Of a DNA stretch of 44,643 bases, positions 11,691 to 25,023 are shown in pieces. Made by a program: the position numbers and the translations under genes. The first letter of the stretch is position 1, and each line of letters begins with the position of its first letter. The stretch comes from Cercozoa sp. M6MM (lineage: Eukaryota > Protista > Endomyxa: Ascetosporea): assembly GCA_040357565.1 (NCBI GenBank), contig JBDODJ010000086.1; one strand, 5' to 3'. The notes under the pieces are model-generated. The model was not told the origin of the DNA. It was given only the letters and a program-made list of their open reading frames with translations, and searched no databases.

Positions 11691-12650
11691 CTACGATAAG
11701 TCCACGTCGAGCTTAGCATCGGAGTCTGAGTCATCGCGCTCGAAGCTAAAACCGGTGTGCTTTCGCAGTTTTGCAGTCAAAACTTTGTGCGAAGCTCGTT
11801 TCTCCGCAGTGGCGAGTTCTCGACGCAGTTGTCTGTTTCTCTGCAGCACTCGGCCGAGTCGGACCAGGCATAGAACCACCGACACCGCTCGGGTCCACTG
11901 CTGTTGCGCATGCATACGCCGCAACACGAGTTGCCTGTCAGCAGCGTCTGCAACGTCGACTGTCGACACTCTACGGTGGAATCTCCGCTTTGGCCGTTTC
12001 AGTTCGTTATCGTGCCCTACATCCTGTCAACAACCAATTGGTACCATACCATAGCCTGACAAAGCGCACACTGCAGTGTCTCAGTACCCACATCTCGGTC
12101 GCACTGCCCTGATTAAAGTCAATTGACTTGGCGCGACGTGCCCTGTGACCCGTGCTTTCAAAAGTTCGTAGCTTTTCCTCAAAATTTGCCCTCTGGAGCG
12201 TCTCCTGAAACATACAAATAGGCTGAAGCTGGAAGAAACTCAGTCAATTCAGTACCTCTCTTCGTACGGTACTTTTCGCCCTCGCTCGTCCAATCGATAG
12301 CCTCCTCTGTGCTCGTTGAACTGTGACGACGAGTGACACCAACTCATGCCAGCGATGCACTGGGTTTAGCTCACCCGGCTCGCTCATCAGTGGACCTAAG
12401 TAAGACAAAGCTCCGGGTCGAAGCAAAATTTGCCGTATTTTTCCGCAAACACGGGTACTGCACGGCCAGTCAGTAAAAACAATACCGATCGCAGTTCGCA
12501 GCTCGCAGTGATACAGTAATTGACAGTACATGCTGTGCAGGTATGCAATAACTTCTGTATTTACAATACTGTGCCTGATTGAACTTGCTGAAGCTTACAG
12601 TCAGCTTCGAATCTGATGCGACGGTCGTAAGTTGTATATCTGGCATGTCC
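11691..12650 (-). CDS. Hypothetical protein, 5' end uncertain
   Basis: Co-oriented ORF segments 12244-12531, 12007-12213 and 11691-11969 separated by intron-like spacers. Confidence 0.4.
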
Positions 12651-12925
12651 GTTCAGTCGTTCGGTTTGGCTTCGCTTGAAGAATCAATCAAATACGATAC
12701 GCTAATGTTACTGCAACTCAATGGCCAAATCAATCGAATACTGAAAGTGTGCAGTAACACTAAATCGCCTGATTTGAACTGAAGATTGAACATTCGATGC
12801 GACTGCCGTGCCCGTGCCGCGTGGCGCATTGCGCGGCGGAAGCGTGGCCTGCTACAAACCGTAAACAAAAATGTTGTCCTTGGCTGCTACGTCTCCGTCC
12901 GCTTCACGTTGGTTTGCGATGCGGA

Positions 12926-15900
12926 TCATTTTTGCTTTTTAATAATCTTCTCAATATCCCAGCCGGAAACTTGTTGCTGCCTTTCGAGCGAGTTCTGCAG
13001 AACACAGTGTACAAACGGGTTGTCAGTGGGAAAGGGGGTGCTTTAGAGTAAACCAGGTTGTCGGTGCAAATCTTGGCGTAGCGACGCAGTTGCTTGACCC
13101 AGAGTGTTCGTTCCTGCCGTGCAGGGGGTTAAACAGTAAAAGCAACAGTGCAAGAGCGAGCTACCTCAGCACTGGGACACGCCAGTGTGAACGACTTTGT
13201 GCTGCTGCGGATGTGCATGGCATTCTGCCAGTCGCGACTGTTCGGCACCTGTAGCCATTCACACTGTACAAAACAGGGCGGTACCACTTGTATTAACTCG
13301 TGCAGGTACCTCTTCGACAGTGAGACCGGCCAGTGGCAGCACGTGCTAATGAAAGCAGAGACTTTTTAGATTCTCCGTGTGATCACATGAGCGAAGACGG
13401 ACAGAGACTACCTTGACTTTGGCCGAGCCATAGATGTCCTTGCCTTCGTTGGCAAGGTCTACAAGACACATGAATACAACAAGGTACCTAGAGGAGGCAA
13501 AGAGACTACCCTTGCTGGTTTTGGTGCGTGTATCATCTCCCACTGGAGTGGCATAACTGCATACACAAAGATAGGCTTAAAGAAGAGCACAAACCAGACA
13601 GGGAGAGAGCGTACAGAAGGATATCGTTGAACAGAAAGAAGAGGTAGGTGCGTGCGGCACGGCGTCGCAGGCGCTGATTGTTCCACACCTTCTGCAACTC
13701 GGCTCGCATCACAAGGAAACGCGTCGGCGTTACGAGATCCACCTTGCCGCGGAAGAGCTGCTCCTGCAGGTTCACCACCTGCTGTCGCGCCTCATTGCCG
13801 TGCACGTTCTGATTCACCGCGTCGGCGATGCGTTTCAGCTCGGTCAACGTGTCGTTCAAACCTGCAAGTTGGGTACTTCATACACATCTGGAATCGCACA
13901 CGCAGACAGAGACTACCTGCGATCTGGACATGCGCTTTGCCTGCTTGCTTCTTGAGTTCCTGTTGGCACATAACACTTGAACTCAGAGACTGAGTGTGCA
14001 CACACACAGACTGAACGCACATTGAGCAGTAGCAGGTATCGTGGGATGCGTTGGACTGGCATGATCATCTGCACAGACATACACTTATCCCAGATACACA
14101 CACACACACGGAGATTGTTGCGGCACCAGCGAGAGCAGCGTGGTGCCCAGGACGCGTTCGTTGACTCGTACCATTTCGTCGAAGCGACTGTTGCGAGCTT
14201 GCACCTGTTAGCACACACACATACCCACACACATACCCACACACAGACAGACACAGACACGGACAACCCATAGACAACAGACAAGTCACACTACACCTGC
14301 ACAAGTCATACTCACCTGTTCCAGTGCCTGTGTGGCCGCACCGTACTGCGTCACGTAGACTGAGTACCTACAGACACCGGGGTAAACCGTTTCACCATGC
14401 ACAAGCGGATTCGTACAGCTGCAAAAACGGCGCAAAGCCGCGAATGATCTCGCCGACTTTCACCTGCCAAACAGTAGCAATCCCAACACACACAAAAGCA
14501 ACACACTGAACGAAAAAGACATGAGCAGAGACTACCGGAAGATTCTCCATTCGCCGACGCGCATCTTCAAGGTCATCGCACAGTTTCGTGTTCAACTGCC
14601 CACAACGAATGAAGCAAAAGAATGAAGCAAAAGAATGAAGCACACAGAATGAAGCACACAGAATGAAGCACACAGAAAGAAGGGTCCTTTCTTCCTTCCT
14701 TCCGTTCCCAAAGGAAAAGGTGACTGTGGGGGTAAACACACCTGCACGATGTTGCCAATGTTGAGGAAGATCGATGCGATCTCATCGGCGTCCAGGATCG
14801 GTCGTCCCAAAGCCTCCATAGCTGCCAAGCGGTCCACGTAGTGTCTGCACAGCACACTCACCCACTCACTCAGTCACCCAGTCACTCAGTCACTCAGTCA
14901 GTCACTCAGTCACAAGGGGAGAGAAAGCAAAGGAAGCAAAAAAAAGGAAGCAAAATAAAAAGGAAGCAAAATAAAAAGGAAGCAAAAAACAGGGAGCAAA
15001 AAAAGGAAGCAGAAAAAGGAAGCAAGCAAGCAGTGTCACCGCTGCAGAGCGGCAATGCCCTTGACGTAGGTCTTTTCCGAGTCGACGATTTCGTTCGACA
15101 CGCGCATCATGTTCGTGTAGCTGTACCAACATAGGTACAGTCAGAACAGGTACAGTCAGAACAGGTACAGTCAGAACAGGTACAGTCAACATGGGTACAG
15201 TCAACATAGTTACACACCATAGTTACACACCATAGTTACACAACATAGTTTACAGTCAAAACATCGACAGTTCGACTCAAACACAATCCAACATAGGTAC
15301 AGTCATAACATAAACAGAGTGATACGCATCCTCATCCGGCTCGCCGTGCTCGAACTGCGACACTGTCATACTGCGGCCTCTCTCTTAACATAGACACAAG
15401 ATAAAGTATCACAAAGATGCAACAAAAGAGAACAGTGTATGCATGTGCAACAGTACCAAGCACTTCGTCGTCAGAATCGTCATCGTCATCGTCGTCATCG
15501 TCGTCGTAGTCGAATTCTTCCGACTGAGCCGCCTCGGCCGACTCGGCGTTGCTACCCGAGAGCGGCACCGTCAGAGCATCCGGTGCCACCTCACTGTAGA
15601 CGCATACACAGACACGCAGACACACATACACACAGACACACGAAGGCTGCTTTCAGAAACCCGCTTTATACCGAGCTTGTAGTCGACTGCGAGCATTGGC
15701 AGCAACGACGCTGCCTCTCTGTGCACAGCACGCCAATAAAACACAAGCTTTCTTCCCCTGAGCTTTCTCTCTCCCTTCACACAAACATACCTTAGACAAG
15801 TCGCATGTTTTCACCGGTTGCCGCAGTGTCTCCACCCATCTATATTAATTCACATCATACACACTAAACACACGAATCAAAGCAAAGTGCACCTCAAAGT

Positions 15901-18574
15901 AGCTTCTTCACCAGGCGCGACGAATTTGTACCTGTCAGCGCAAAAGCAGTGCTCAGTACCAAAAAACAGAACAAGCGGAAGCACCTCCTTAGAGGCACTT
16001 CAACAGTGAAGCACGCGTCGTTGTCGAACCTGCAACACAAAGCAACACATGCCTAGTCGACAGAACGGAAAAAACGCCAGTTTCGTAAAAGTCGTTACTT
16101 GCGAGGATCGAAACTGGAGACTTGCAGCACAATGCTCCCGTACAATGGAATGATGCCAATCACGAGGTGCTTCAGTTTCAGCTCGTTCAAATCCGTGGTC
16201 TACAACAACAACAAAACAAAAACGAGAAGTGACGTGTCAGCTGAATCTCGATAAAATGGCAAGCTTACGGGGGCCAAAAAGGCGATTTTGGCGTATTTAT
16301 GGAACGCTGTTTCGTCTGGGAAGTAGAACAAGTACTTGCCATCGCTCGAGAGTCTGCCAAACAAAAAGGATTTTCGTGCAAAAAGGCAAGCTGAAAAAGT
16401 TTACGCAAAATAGCGTCGTTTCCAGTTGCGAATCCGCGCGCCCTGTCATATACAATACCGTACACACGCAGCTGCCACAAACAAAAAACTGTTAGCCGTA
16501 CTTGTTTGTGCAAATGTCCCTGGATGGCAGGCCGCAAGAAACGTGCTTTGTTGCCTGCAAGCAGTCAGCGTAGTTTTTGACAGCGTTTTTCGACTGAGTG
16601 AGATAGAGTTAGGTTAAGGGAGACTTCAGCACCAGTTGTGTTGGCGTAGACGCGAGCCAACGCAGTGACGAAGCGTGCCTGCACGGCAGCCGAGTCGCTG
16701 CCAAGGTACCAGGTGGCGTTGCGCATCACCAGAGTGAGCGTGTACACCAGCGGCATGTCGACGGTACGCCCGTCCTGTGCCAGCACGGTACTGCTGAGCG
16801 ATTCCAACGAGTCGCCTCGCCTGATAGGGTGCAGGGAAAGGGTACAAGCAGATAGGGGGGAGGGGTATATGACTACATGTGCTGCAGGCGGAACACGTCA
16901 CGGTGCCATTGCGTGACCGTGTTTTTAACACTTTCGTCTGCGCCCGTCATGGCCGTTCCGTCGTCATCTGTCGGGGCGCAAGGTAGGGGAGGGGGGTAAA
17001 AGTGGGAGAGGAAATGGTACCAGGGATAGTGGACGACAGACAGCGGAACTCGAGGTCTTGTTCGACGTACTGCGCGTCGGCCAGTGACACCGTCACTAGT
17101 CACAACCGATCAGTCAATCAGTCAGTGAGCGGTCACACACACACACACACATACAAAAGGTACCAAGCAGTTCCTTGCACGTGGCGTCGCTGAAGCACTG
17201 CAGCTTGCCGTTGTTGCGCAGCAGCACGAAGCGTTTCTTCCAGGCGCCCTGACGTTTGTTGCGCTTGAAAAGCCAGCCCGAGGCCACCTCGACGCCCACC
17301 ACCTGTTTCACACTCCCTTTAACTAGGGACACCCCCTTAAGCAAGCACCCCCTCCCCCCAGAAGACCCCTCACCTGCTGGAAGATCTGCATCCACATGGC
17401 GCGCGTGTCGGCGTCGTCGGCCGCAAAGACCCAGCGCCGCTTGTCGCACAGCAGCTCGAACGCGAACTCTTTCTCCTCGCTCAGGTTGTACCTGACCAGT
17501 CCATCAAGCAAGGGTCATTCAGTGCGCGCGGATCACTTGTGTGTGTCTTACGACTTGGCCCGTCTAAGGTCGATCTCGCCCTTGGACGACTTGGCATTCT
17601 CGTCGTCAAAGTAGTCCATTTTGTTGTTGCTGTACAGCACGAAGAAACGGCGTTTCCAGCTCTATCAAATACCCAAAGTCTAAAGGAGAACAACTGGTCA
17701 GCAACATATACAGTGAGAGCACCTTGCGCAGGCTGCCTTTCTTCAGCAGCCAACCCGTGCAGACACGTCTAAACACATGAGAGGGTGTGTGTGTGTGTGT
17801 ATGATCAAGAAAAGTGGTGTCTGTTAAAGAGACGACATACGTTGTCACAGTGGTCTTGTCGGCATCGGCGCCGAGTTGCTCGGTGTTGACGAAACTCGTT
17901 TGTGTCTACATAGGCACACGAGTCAAACGACCCCTCAAAATTAATTAAAGCAGGAAACAACTGACGCTGAGAGTCGTGTTCATCGATCGCGGTGTGCCCG
18001 CCTAATACACGGACATGCATGAAGTAAGTTTGTTAGTCCTTGTTACGAAAGTACCGTGCCTGGAGTCATTCGTGGCTGCATCGGTGGCCTCGGGTTCTAC
18101 CAAACCAGCGAGTGAGTGATACTGCACCCGACACACGTCAAGCTGACATACCAGCGGAAGCGAAGGCGGTCTCGCTTTCTGCAACAATAGAAACGCATCA
18201 AAAAGGAACACATTGGTTAACTAGCAATACAGCTGTCGGTGGACGCGGCGCTAACGGCGGTGTTGGCACAGAGAAAGGCCGACTCGGAACACCTGCGACA
18301 AAGCAAGATAAGAACAATCAGTCCAGTCACCCCCACACCCAGCAGGTTCAGTTTAATTAAACACTACGTGAAGGCGGCGTTGGGACACGACTTGGGACTA
18401 CTGGGGGCGGCCGTGCTGCGCGTGAAGGCGCTGGCGGAGCTCTCGGAGCCCGTGGGGCCTGGGAATGTCAGAGGATTTAGAAAGGGAAGCTGCTCACTCG
18501 AACAACTCTGAACTTACGGAGGGGGGTCGCGGCGGTGGCCGCGGCACCTTTGGTGGCGGTCTTGGCTGGTACAT
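12926..18574 (-). CDS. Dbl-family RhoGEF: Pro-rich N-terminus, several PH domains, DH-PH
   Basis: DH: NEIVDSEKTYVKGI, EIASIFLNI, IMPVQRIPRYLLLL; PH: RTYLFFLFNDILLYA...ERTLWVKQL; N-terminal PHs: GWLLKKG..WKRRFFVL..FAADDADTRAMWMQ and GWLFKRNKRQGAWKKRFVLL. Confidence 0.88.
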
Positions 18575-18897
18575 TTAGCGTTTTCAGGAGAGTAACTCAG
18601 AATACGCAACGACCACGCCGTCCGCGCGGATGAGTCGTGACGGTTGACAGAAAAACGGGGATGTGCACACACTCCACAATTTAGTGTGCCACCACACCGG
18701 AGGAGACGCTGAAATTACGAGCACGCCCAAGAGCACGTCGTGTGCCTGTGACCACCCGCTGAGTCAGCTACAATTTTAAAAATGATCGTTGCGATGATGT
18801 GCTAAAATTGCAAGTCTTGTAGCTCATCGATACAGTTCGAGTACTTTAACGCAGTGAATCTCAACTTTTTTGCGTGGACGCGTGAGGGAATTTGAGG

Positions 18898-20460
18898 ATG
18901 TCGGGCGTGGCGATGCCGAGCAAGCAGATCGCGAGTGTTGCCGATCTGCGTCGCTGGGAGCACAGCAACGGCAAGCGCGACTTTGTGGGATTCCTGCGAA
19001 TGATGAGCGACGCCGTCAAAGGCTGTGAGGCACCAGGGTCAGTGTTTTTCTGTGCTTCTGTTCCAACTCCATAGGTTGATTGCAGTGAGACAGGGGAGCA
19101 CCCGCTGGTTGAGGTATTTCTTTTCACTTCTGTTTTCAACGAGCACAGCAGTTGTTTCGTGTTCTGTTTAGAAACTCAACAGTATTTTGGACGAGTTGGC
19201 GCAAGCTGTGACAAACTTTCCACCTCGACACACTGGAGCCCAGTATGTCGCAGTGGTATGCAGGTTGAAAAGATATGGGGTAGGTTTGCAGGAGGTTCGG
19301 CGATCCCGCCTTTCGTGACTGGCACGCCTTCTTGCAAGAACAGGTACTGGCACACACACACACTCTTTCTTTCGTTAACTGAAAGAACAGAACGTTGACT
19401 CGACTCTCAGGCGGCCGAGTTGTGCAAGCGCTTACTGCCCGAAAGCTTGCTGGACGAAGAGTCGCGTACCACTTGCTTTTACCCCCCCCCCATCCATTTA
19501 CTTCCTTGGTAGGATGGCACGAGGAACTGGCGTGTTACTTGCGCGATGCGTTCGGTAACGCTCAGCGAATCGACTACGGCACTGGTACTACCCCAATATA
19601 TTTCTACCCTTCCCGATTATTCTGGTCCCGTTCAGGCCACGAGTTGCACTTTTTTGTGCTGCTGTATGCCCTGGGAAAACTGCGCATCCTGACGCCCGAT
19701 ATGCTCAAGTTAGTCGCTCTACCCCTTCTATTCCCCCTATTACTCCCTTTAACTCTGAGTATGCGAAGGAGTGTGGCACTGCGCGTGGTGCCAGAGTACC
19801 TGCGTGTCGTGCGACTGGTGCAACGCACCTACTTGTTGGAGCCGGCGGGATCCCGAGGTGCCCACGGATTGGATGACTACCAGTTCCTTCCCTTCTACCT
19901 CGGCGCATCACAACTTATTGGCAAGGTGCTTTATATATATTCTATATATTATATATTATTATATTATATATATGTTATGATATATATTATATATATATAT
20001 TATATATATCATATATATTATTATATATTATATATATTATATATATATTATGACATATATATATATATATATATATATAACTAACAAATCGACGGTCCAA
20101 GTCCGCATTTTTAGGAAAACACGGTGAAACCAAGCTGTGCCGAAAACCAGGAACTCATGCGACAACTCGCCGATCGTTTTCTTTACTGTGCTGCCGTTGA
20201 TTACATCCACCGGTAATTAGCTCCTTTTAACTCTTCTTCCGGCGGCCCCCCCCCCCGCGTCATCTCTCTTTTCTTGCCTCACCGACAGGTGCAAGACTGG
20301 GCCATTCTTCGAGCACAGTCACGCCTTGTACAACATCGGCGGCGTGCCACTCTGGAGCAAGGTCAACACCGGCCTGCTTCGCATGTACGAGACCGAAGTG
20401 CTCGGACGCTTCCCGATCGTACAGCACCTGCTGTTTGGCCGCTTGTTGGCGCTCGAGTAG
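18898..20460 (+). CDS. PTPA: PP2A activator (Rrd1/Rrd2 family)
   Basis: QRFGDPAFRDW; AFGNAQRIDYGTGHELHF; YLLEPAGSRGAHGLDDYQFLPFYLGASQL; KTGPFFEHS; WSKVNTGLLRMYETEVLGRFPIVQHLLFG. Confidence 0.95.
19931..20080. repeat. Degenerate (TA)n intronic microsatellite
   Basis: About 150 nt of almost pure A/T inside a PTPA intron. Confidence 0.9.
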
Positions 20461-20898
20461 CATGCTCTTTCGTTTACGTTAAATAAAGTTTCATCGCATT
20501 TCCGGCGTCGGTTTCGTTTATATGAGTTCGCCGGGTCGGGCGATTCTTTCTCACTTTCGTTTGCGTTCACTTTTGTTTGCTTTCGTTTCAGTTTGTACCG
20601 TCCGGTAAGAGAGTCGAAAGAAACTAGCGCTGCAATAGGGAGGATTTCTTGTATTCATCTCGGGCGCCCTGGAGCTATGAGACTGCGTCAAAGAAAGCTT
20701 CGCTTACGTATAGCAAAAACACATGGTATAGCTACGTGTACGATAGCAAAATCCCCCAGTGCGGACTGCGGCAAGGAAGCACAGTTTTCAGCCGACGGGG
20801 TTAGACCTGACAGCGCGACGAGTTCAGTGCAGTTTAATTTAACGGCTGAGCACCACATGTACATTTGCACACAGGAGTGGCCACTGCGACACTCCGAC

Positions 20899-21774
20899 TC
20901 AGTGACTCAGTTTACTCGGGTTGCGAAAGGTCTGTGAGAATTTCAGTATCCAAGCGAGAGCCCTGACAAACCACAAAGAGTCCTTCCTGTGGGTCTGCAG
21001 ATTAAAGCCTGTAAAGATAGTGTACCCACTCAGCCCAGCTGCCATCGTACAGCTTGAGCTTAGTCTCCGGGTGCACAATTCCGGCGAGTCGCTATCCACA
21101 CATGCATACGGGTATACTCCATACTTATGGCAGTGGCTGAAGTGTGCAGTACCATTTGATCCAACGCAAGCGAGATTATGGCAGCAGCTGAGGTACAATA
21201 CGGACGCAAAGTATGATAGCAAGATATAGGAGAACGCACTCACGCCGCTGCCACAAGAAGAAACGAAATTGTGCTCGCTCAGGTCAACGCCTGCCTTTTT
21301 GAAACTGCACACACAAAACAAAGTCAGTTTTTTGTCTCGTTTGTATATCCAACGCTACATCTCGCAGAGTTGCTCCGAAGGCAGCATCTCCGATTGGTTT
21401 TCTTCTCAAGCAGTCAGTCGTTGCACGCACACCCATATCACATGGACAATGTGGACATATACCAGTGAGCAAGGAGTTGAACGGCAGACACATCGAGTTC
21501 GGCATGTGACCAGGCACAACACCGAGGCTTTCGCGAGGGTCCTACCAACAAACTTCATTCCTACGAAACTCAGTCTGCAATGCAAGGAGGCCGATCTACC
21601 GGATCGCTGCCACGGAACCGCCCGAGACTCCGAGCATCCAACACTTGTGCTCCTCCTGCAAAAAAGACAGCTGGAAGCGTGTTGGCACAATAAGAGAGAA
21701 AGAGCCGCACCAGTCCGAATGGCATCGCGAACTTCCTCAATCGATACAAAGGACAGATGCGACTACTAAAAACC

Positions 21775-21826
<52 letters not shown>

Positions 21827-22732
21827 CCAAAGCACAATGAAGTTTAAACCTTGGATGCCATTCTGCTCAAGTTGCTCACTCTGTTTTCTGTGTCTTGTGT
21901 CAGTTCGATCGGCACATCGGGCCACTCGGCGACATCTGTCTCACAGGCACGGTACCGCGACACAAGACAAAAGCAAGCATTAAAGTAACGCAACAACCGG
22001 GTACCTCGGGCAGGCACAAGCACGGCATCCAGTCCGAAACTCCGTAAGGTGAACCACACTCTGCAAAGACACCAAATACTTTAACCTAGAGATACTTGTA
22101 ATAATAACAACGTGTGTAGAAACACCTCGGAGACGAGAAGAGTCGATTGCGTCTTTCGTACACCAAAAAGACAGCTAAGCAACTCAACATAGAGCGTTAG
22201 TCTAAACTTGCGAAGATGGAAGTACTGTTTTTTAGATCGACATCCGGAAGCCACTGGGCTAGCAGCTCAGCACTCTGGTTCCAACACAGCATGCAACAGA
22301 CAATTATTATTCTTTTGAAGAGATGAAGAATACCGGTGCCATATGCGGCAGGTTCGATGGCGTCGAAACTGCGTCGATGTCGAAGCGCAGAGCGTGCTGC
22401 CGCGGCAACTCGAAGGTGTCACTGTATTCGAAAACTCGCGTGCCAGTGAGCACACTCAGCATAATTCTAAAAGGCCGTAAACTTACGGATTCAGCTCGTT
22501 CGGCATACTCCACGTTGCATCGCACAAACTACAGAAGCGCACGCACAAGTGAGATGGAGCAAGCCTGCGATGTAAAAGCACTCACATGGCATTGCGCAGA
22601 GGTCCCTGTACACCACAAAAGCAGTGCGGATCGATGGATGTGTGGATAGAGCAACATCGCTACTTTTCCGTGCCGAAGAGTCCCGTTCGCCTGGCGGAAG
22701 AAATTCGTCTTTAATGCTTCACTGACAGCCAT
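20899..22732 (-). CDS. Two-domain rhodanese / 3-mercaptopyruvate sulfurtransferase (MPST/Tum1/SseA-like)
   Basis: FDIDAVSTPSNLPHMAP; LFSSPRVWFTLRSFG; VLDARSLGRFRG; GHMPNSMCLPF; active loop SCGSGVSA; LYDGSWAEW. Confidence 0.88.
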
Positions 22733-22926
22733 AGGAAGTTGCTGCACTTACAATGCCAGTTTAACTCCTATTTGGGGTCTCTTTTTTGATATCCATTAAT
22801 TATTCACAAGCAAAATTTGTTAAGGGCGCTGTCCTTGCGGCGATCTCAGATCTCTGCGGTCAGACAGAAGTCTGCAGTACGGCTTTATTCATACCAACCA
22901 TCCAGTCCTACAGCACACGGTGGTGA

Positions 22927-23963
22927 TGAGCTATGTCTGGCCGATGCTTGTGCTCGCGGCAGCATGTTTTGCACAGATGGTACCATACCGTTTCCACCGA
23001 TCAACCCAGCCCAGTCAGTTCGAGGTTGGTCTGCACAGACAGTGGTGGAGCATCTGGAGACTCCAGCGCAGTGTCATTCGATGTATGGAAGGTAGGGAGG
23101 TATATGGCTGCTCGTTTAGAGCGGTGTCCTCAGGTGCTTTGCGGCAGATACGCGAACCAGTGGGCGCGTGAGTGCCACGAGCAGTGCCTGACGTGCCAAG
23201 CCGCGCAGGAATACCGCTACCACGAAACGCGCGTTGTCTTTGTACTATCGAAACTTTGAAAAAATCGTCTGCTCTTTATAGCCCCTATACAATCAGAGCT
23301 GTTCGGTCTGGGAGTCTCGAGCGGGGCTGCAGCTCGACTATGCGTATGGCACACCTTTCAGAACAATGGTATGGGTTCCTTTCCCTCCTCAAGCACCTGT
23401 AATTGTAGGTGTGACGTGCACTTTGACTATCTCGTCATTTCCTTCTACATCATCCTCAGTGAGTTTATGCTTTTGAGTCGCTTTGTCAAGAAGAAGCGCG
23501 TATTTTCGTATTTAGCGGTTGCAATGAGCTACGCATCGTTCCTTCTTGTCTTGCTCGTGCTCGGCATCATTGGACCCAACGCACAGCCTCCTGTACCTGC
23601 TGCCACTAAGTCTGACATGAGTTTCGATCAAATCGTGTTTTGGTATGACCGAAGAGACTGCATCCTGTGGAAGATGGCAAGCTGTACCCGATTCCACTCA
23701 ACATCGAAAGGTAAAACTCATCGATTAGAAGTGTTCTAAGCTTCTCCGTATTCATACACTTTCTCAACTGCTGTCACTGCAGCTATGGCGAGCGTTTCGC
23801 CCCTGAGCTGCTGCCTTTGCCCAAGATACCCGCTGCAACTTTGGTATTTGCATCCCTTCGACTGGATGGGCAATTTCACGCCTACAAGAATACTTGTAGC
23901 AAAAAATGCGTGCGGAGCAACGACTCGAACGACGTAGTCGCGACCGAGGCGAACTTGAGGTAG
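22927..23963 (+). CDS. Hypothetical secreted/membrane protein with Cys-rich segments
   Basis: Signal-like MSYVWPMLVLAAACFA; CHEQCLTC; two hydrophobic helices at about 23420-23575; short GT-AG introns. Confidence 0.5.
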
Positions 23964-24240
23964 CTTATGTGTGGGGCACTCTTTTCTGCAGTCTCAGCAC
24001 ACGGTCCGTACCTGTCACTCACAGCCAGAAGAGACACGTCGCTCCCTGCAGTTCAAACATACGCGCCCAATGTTTGGATACTAACTATCGTTTGGAGCAG
24101 CTATTCAGTATGAGAATAACTGCGGTTTTGTACCACTCGTCGCGCTGCACGGAGTGGAGATCTCACACCAGCGAACGGAAGCTCGCATTTAAATAATCGA
24201 ATAGATAACCATGACCGGCCGGACGGATGCATCGCATGAA

Positions 24241-24338
24241 TCAGTAATCCGAATCATCGCCGTCAGAATCCGAGGAGCCGAACGAAAGATCCGGGAAACC
24301 GAACGGAATTGGAGGGCAAAGCGAGTCGACTCGGCGAA

Positions 24339-24387
<49 letters not shown>

Positions 24388-24397
24388 NNNNNNNNNN

Positions 24398-24460
<63 letters not shown>

Positions 24461-24976
24461 CACACACAAACACACTTGCGTTTCCGCCCATAAATGTGAA
24501 GCTACCAAAGGACGCGGGGTTGGAATCGTTGTCCACAGGAACCAGATCGGCCATGCTGCCGGTCTCAAAGCCCTGTGAAACAACACATTATCACCGCAGA
24601 AAGGCAGGCATTTACTACGAAGGGCAAACAGAAACGGACCAGATCATGAACTTCGTCGTAGAACGAGCGCGCGCGTTCCTTGGCCGCGCGAGAGTTCAGT
24701 GCTGCAGAAAAAGCGCAGCATCAAACAAGCGCTCACAAAGTTCGTGGAAGAAAGTTAAGGCAAAGAAAGTTAAGGCAAAGAAAGTTAAGGCACCCTGACT
24801 GAGCCAGGCATCGCGTCCGCCGGCTTGTTCTTCTTCCTTCTGAATGAGCTTCCAGATCTCCTCCTCAGCCGACTTGTTGCACACGAAGCGAACCACCGTG
24901 AGTGCATGCTTCATGCCCTGGCGTCTGCAGACAGAAGACGCACGTACACACACACACACCGACACACACACATACA

Positions 24977-25023
<47 letters not shown>

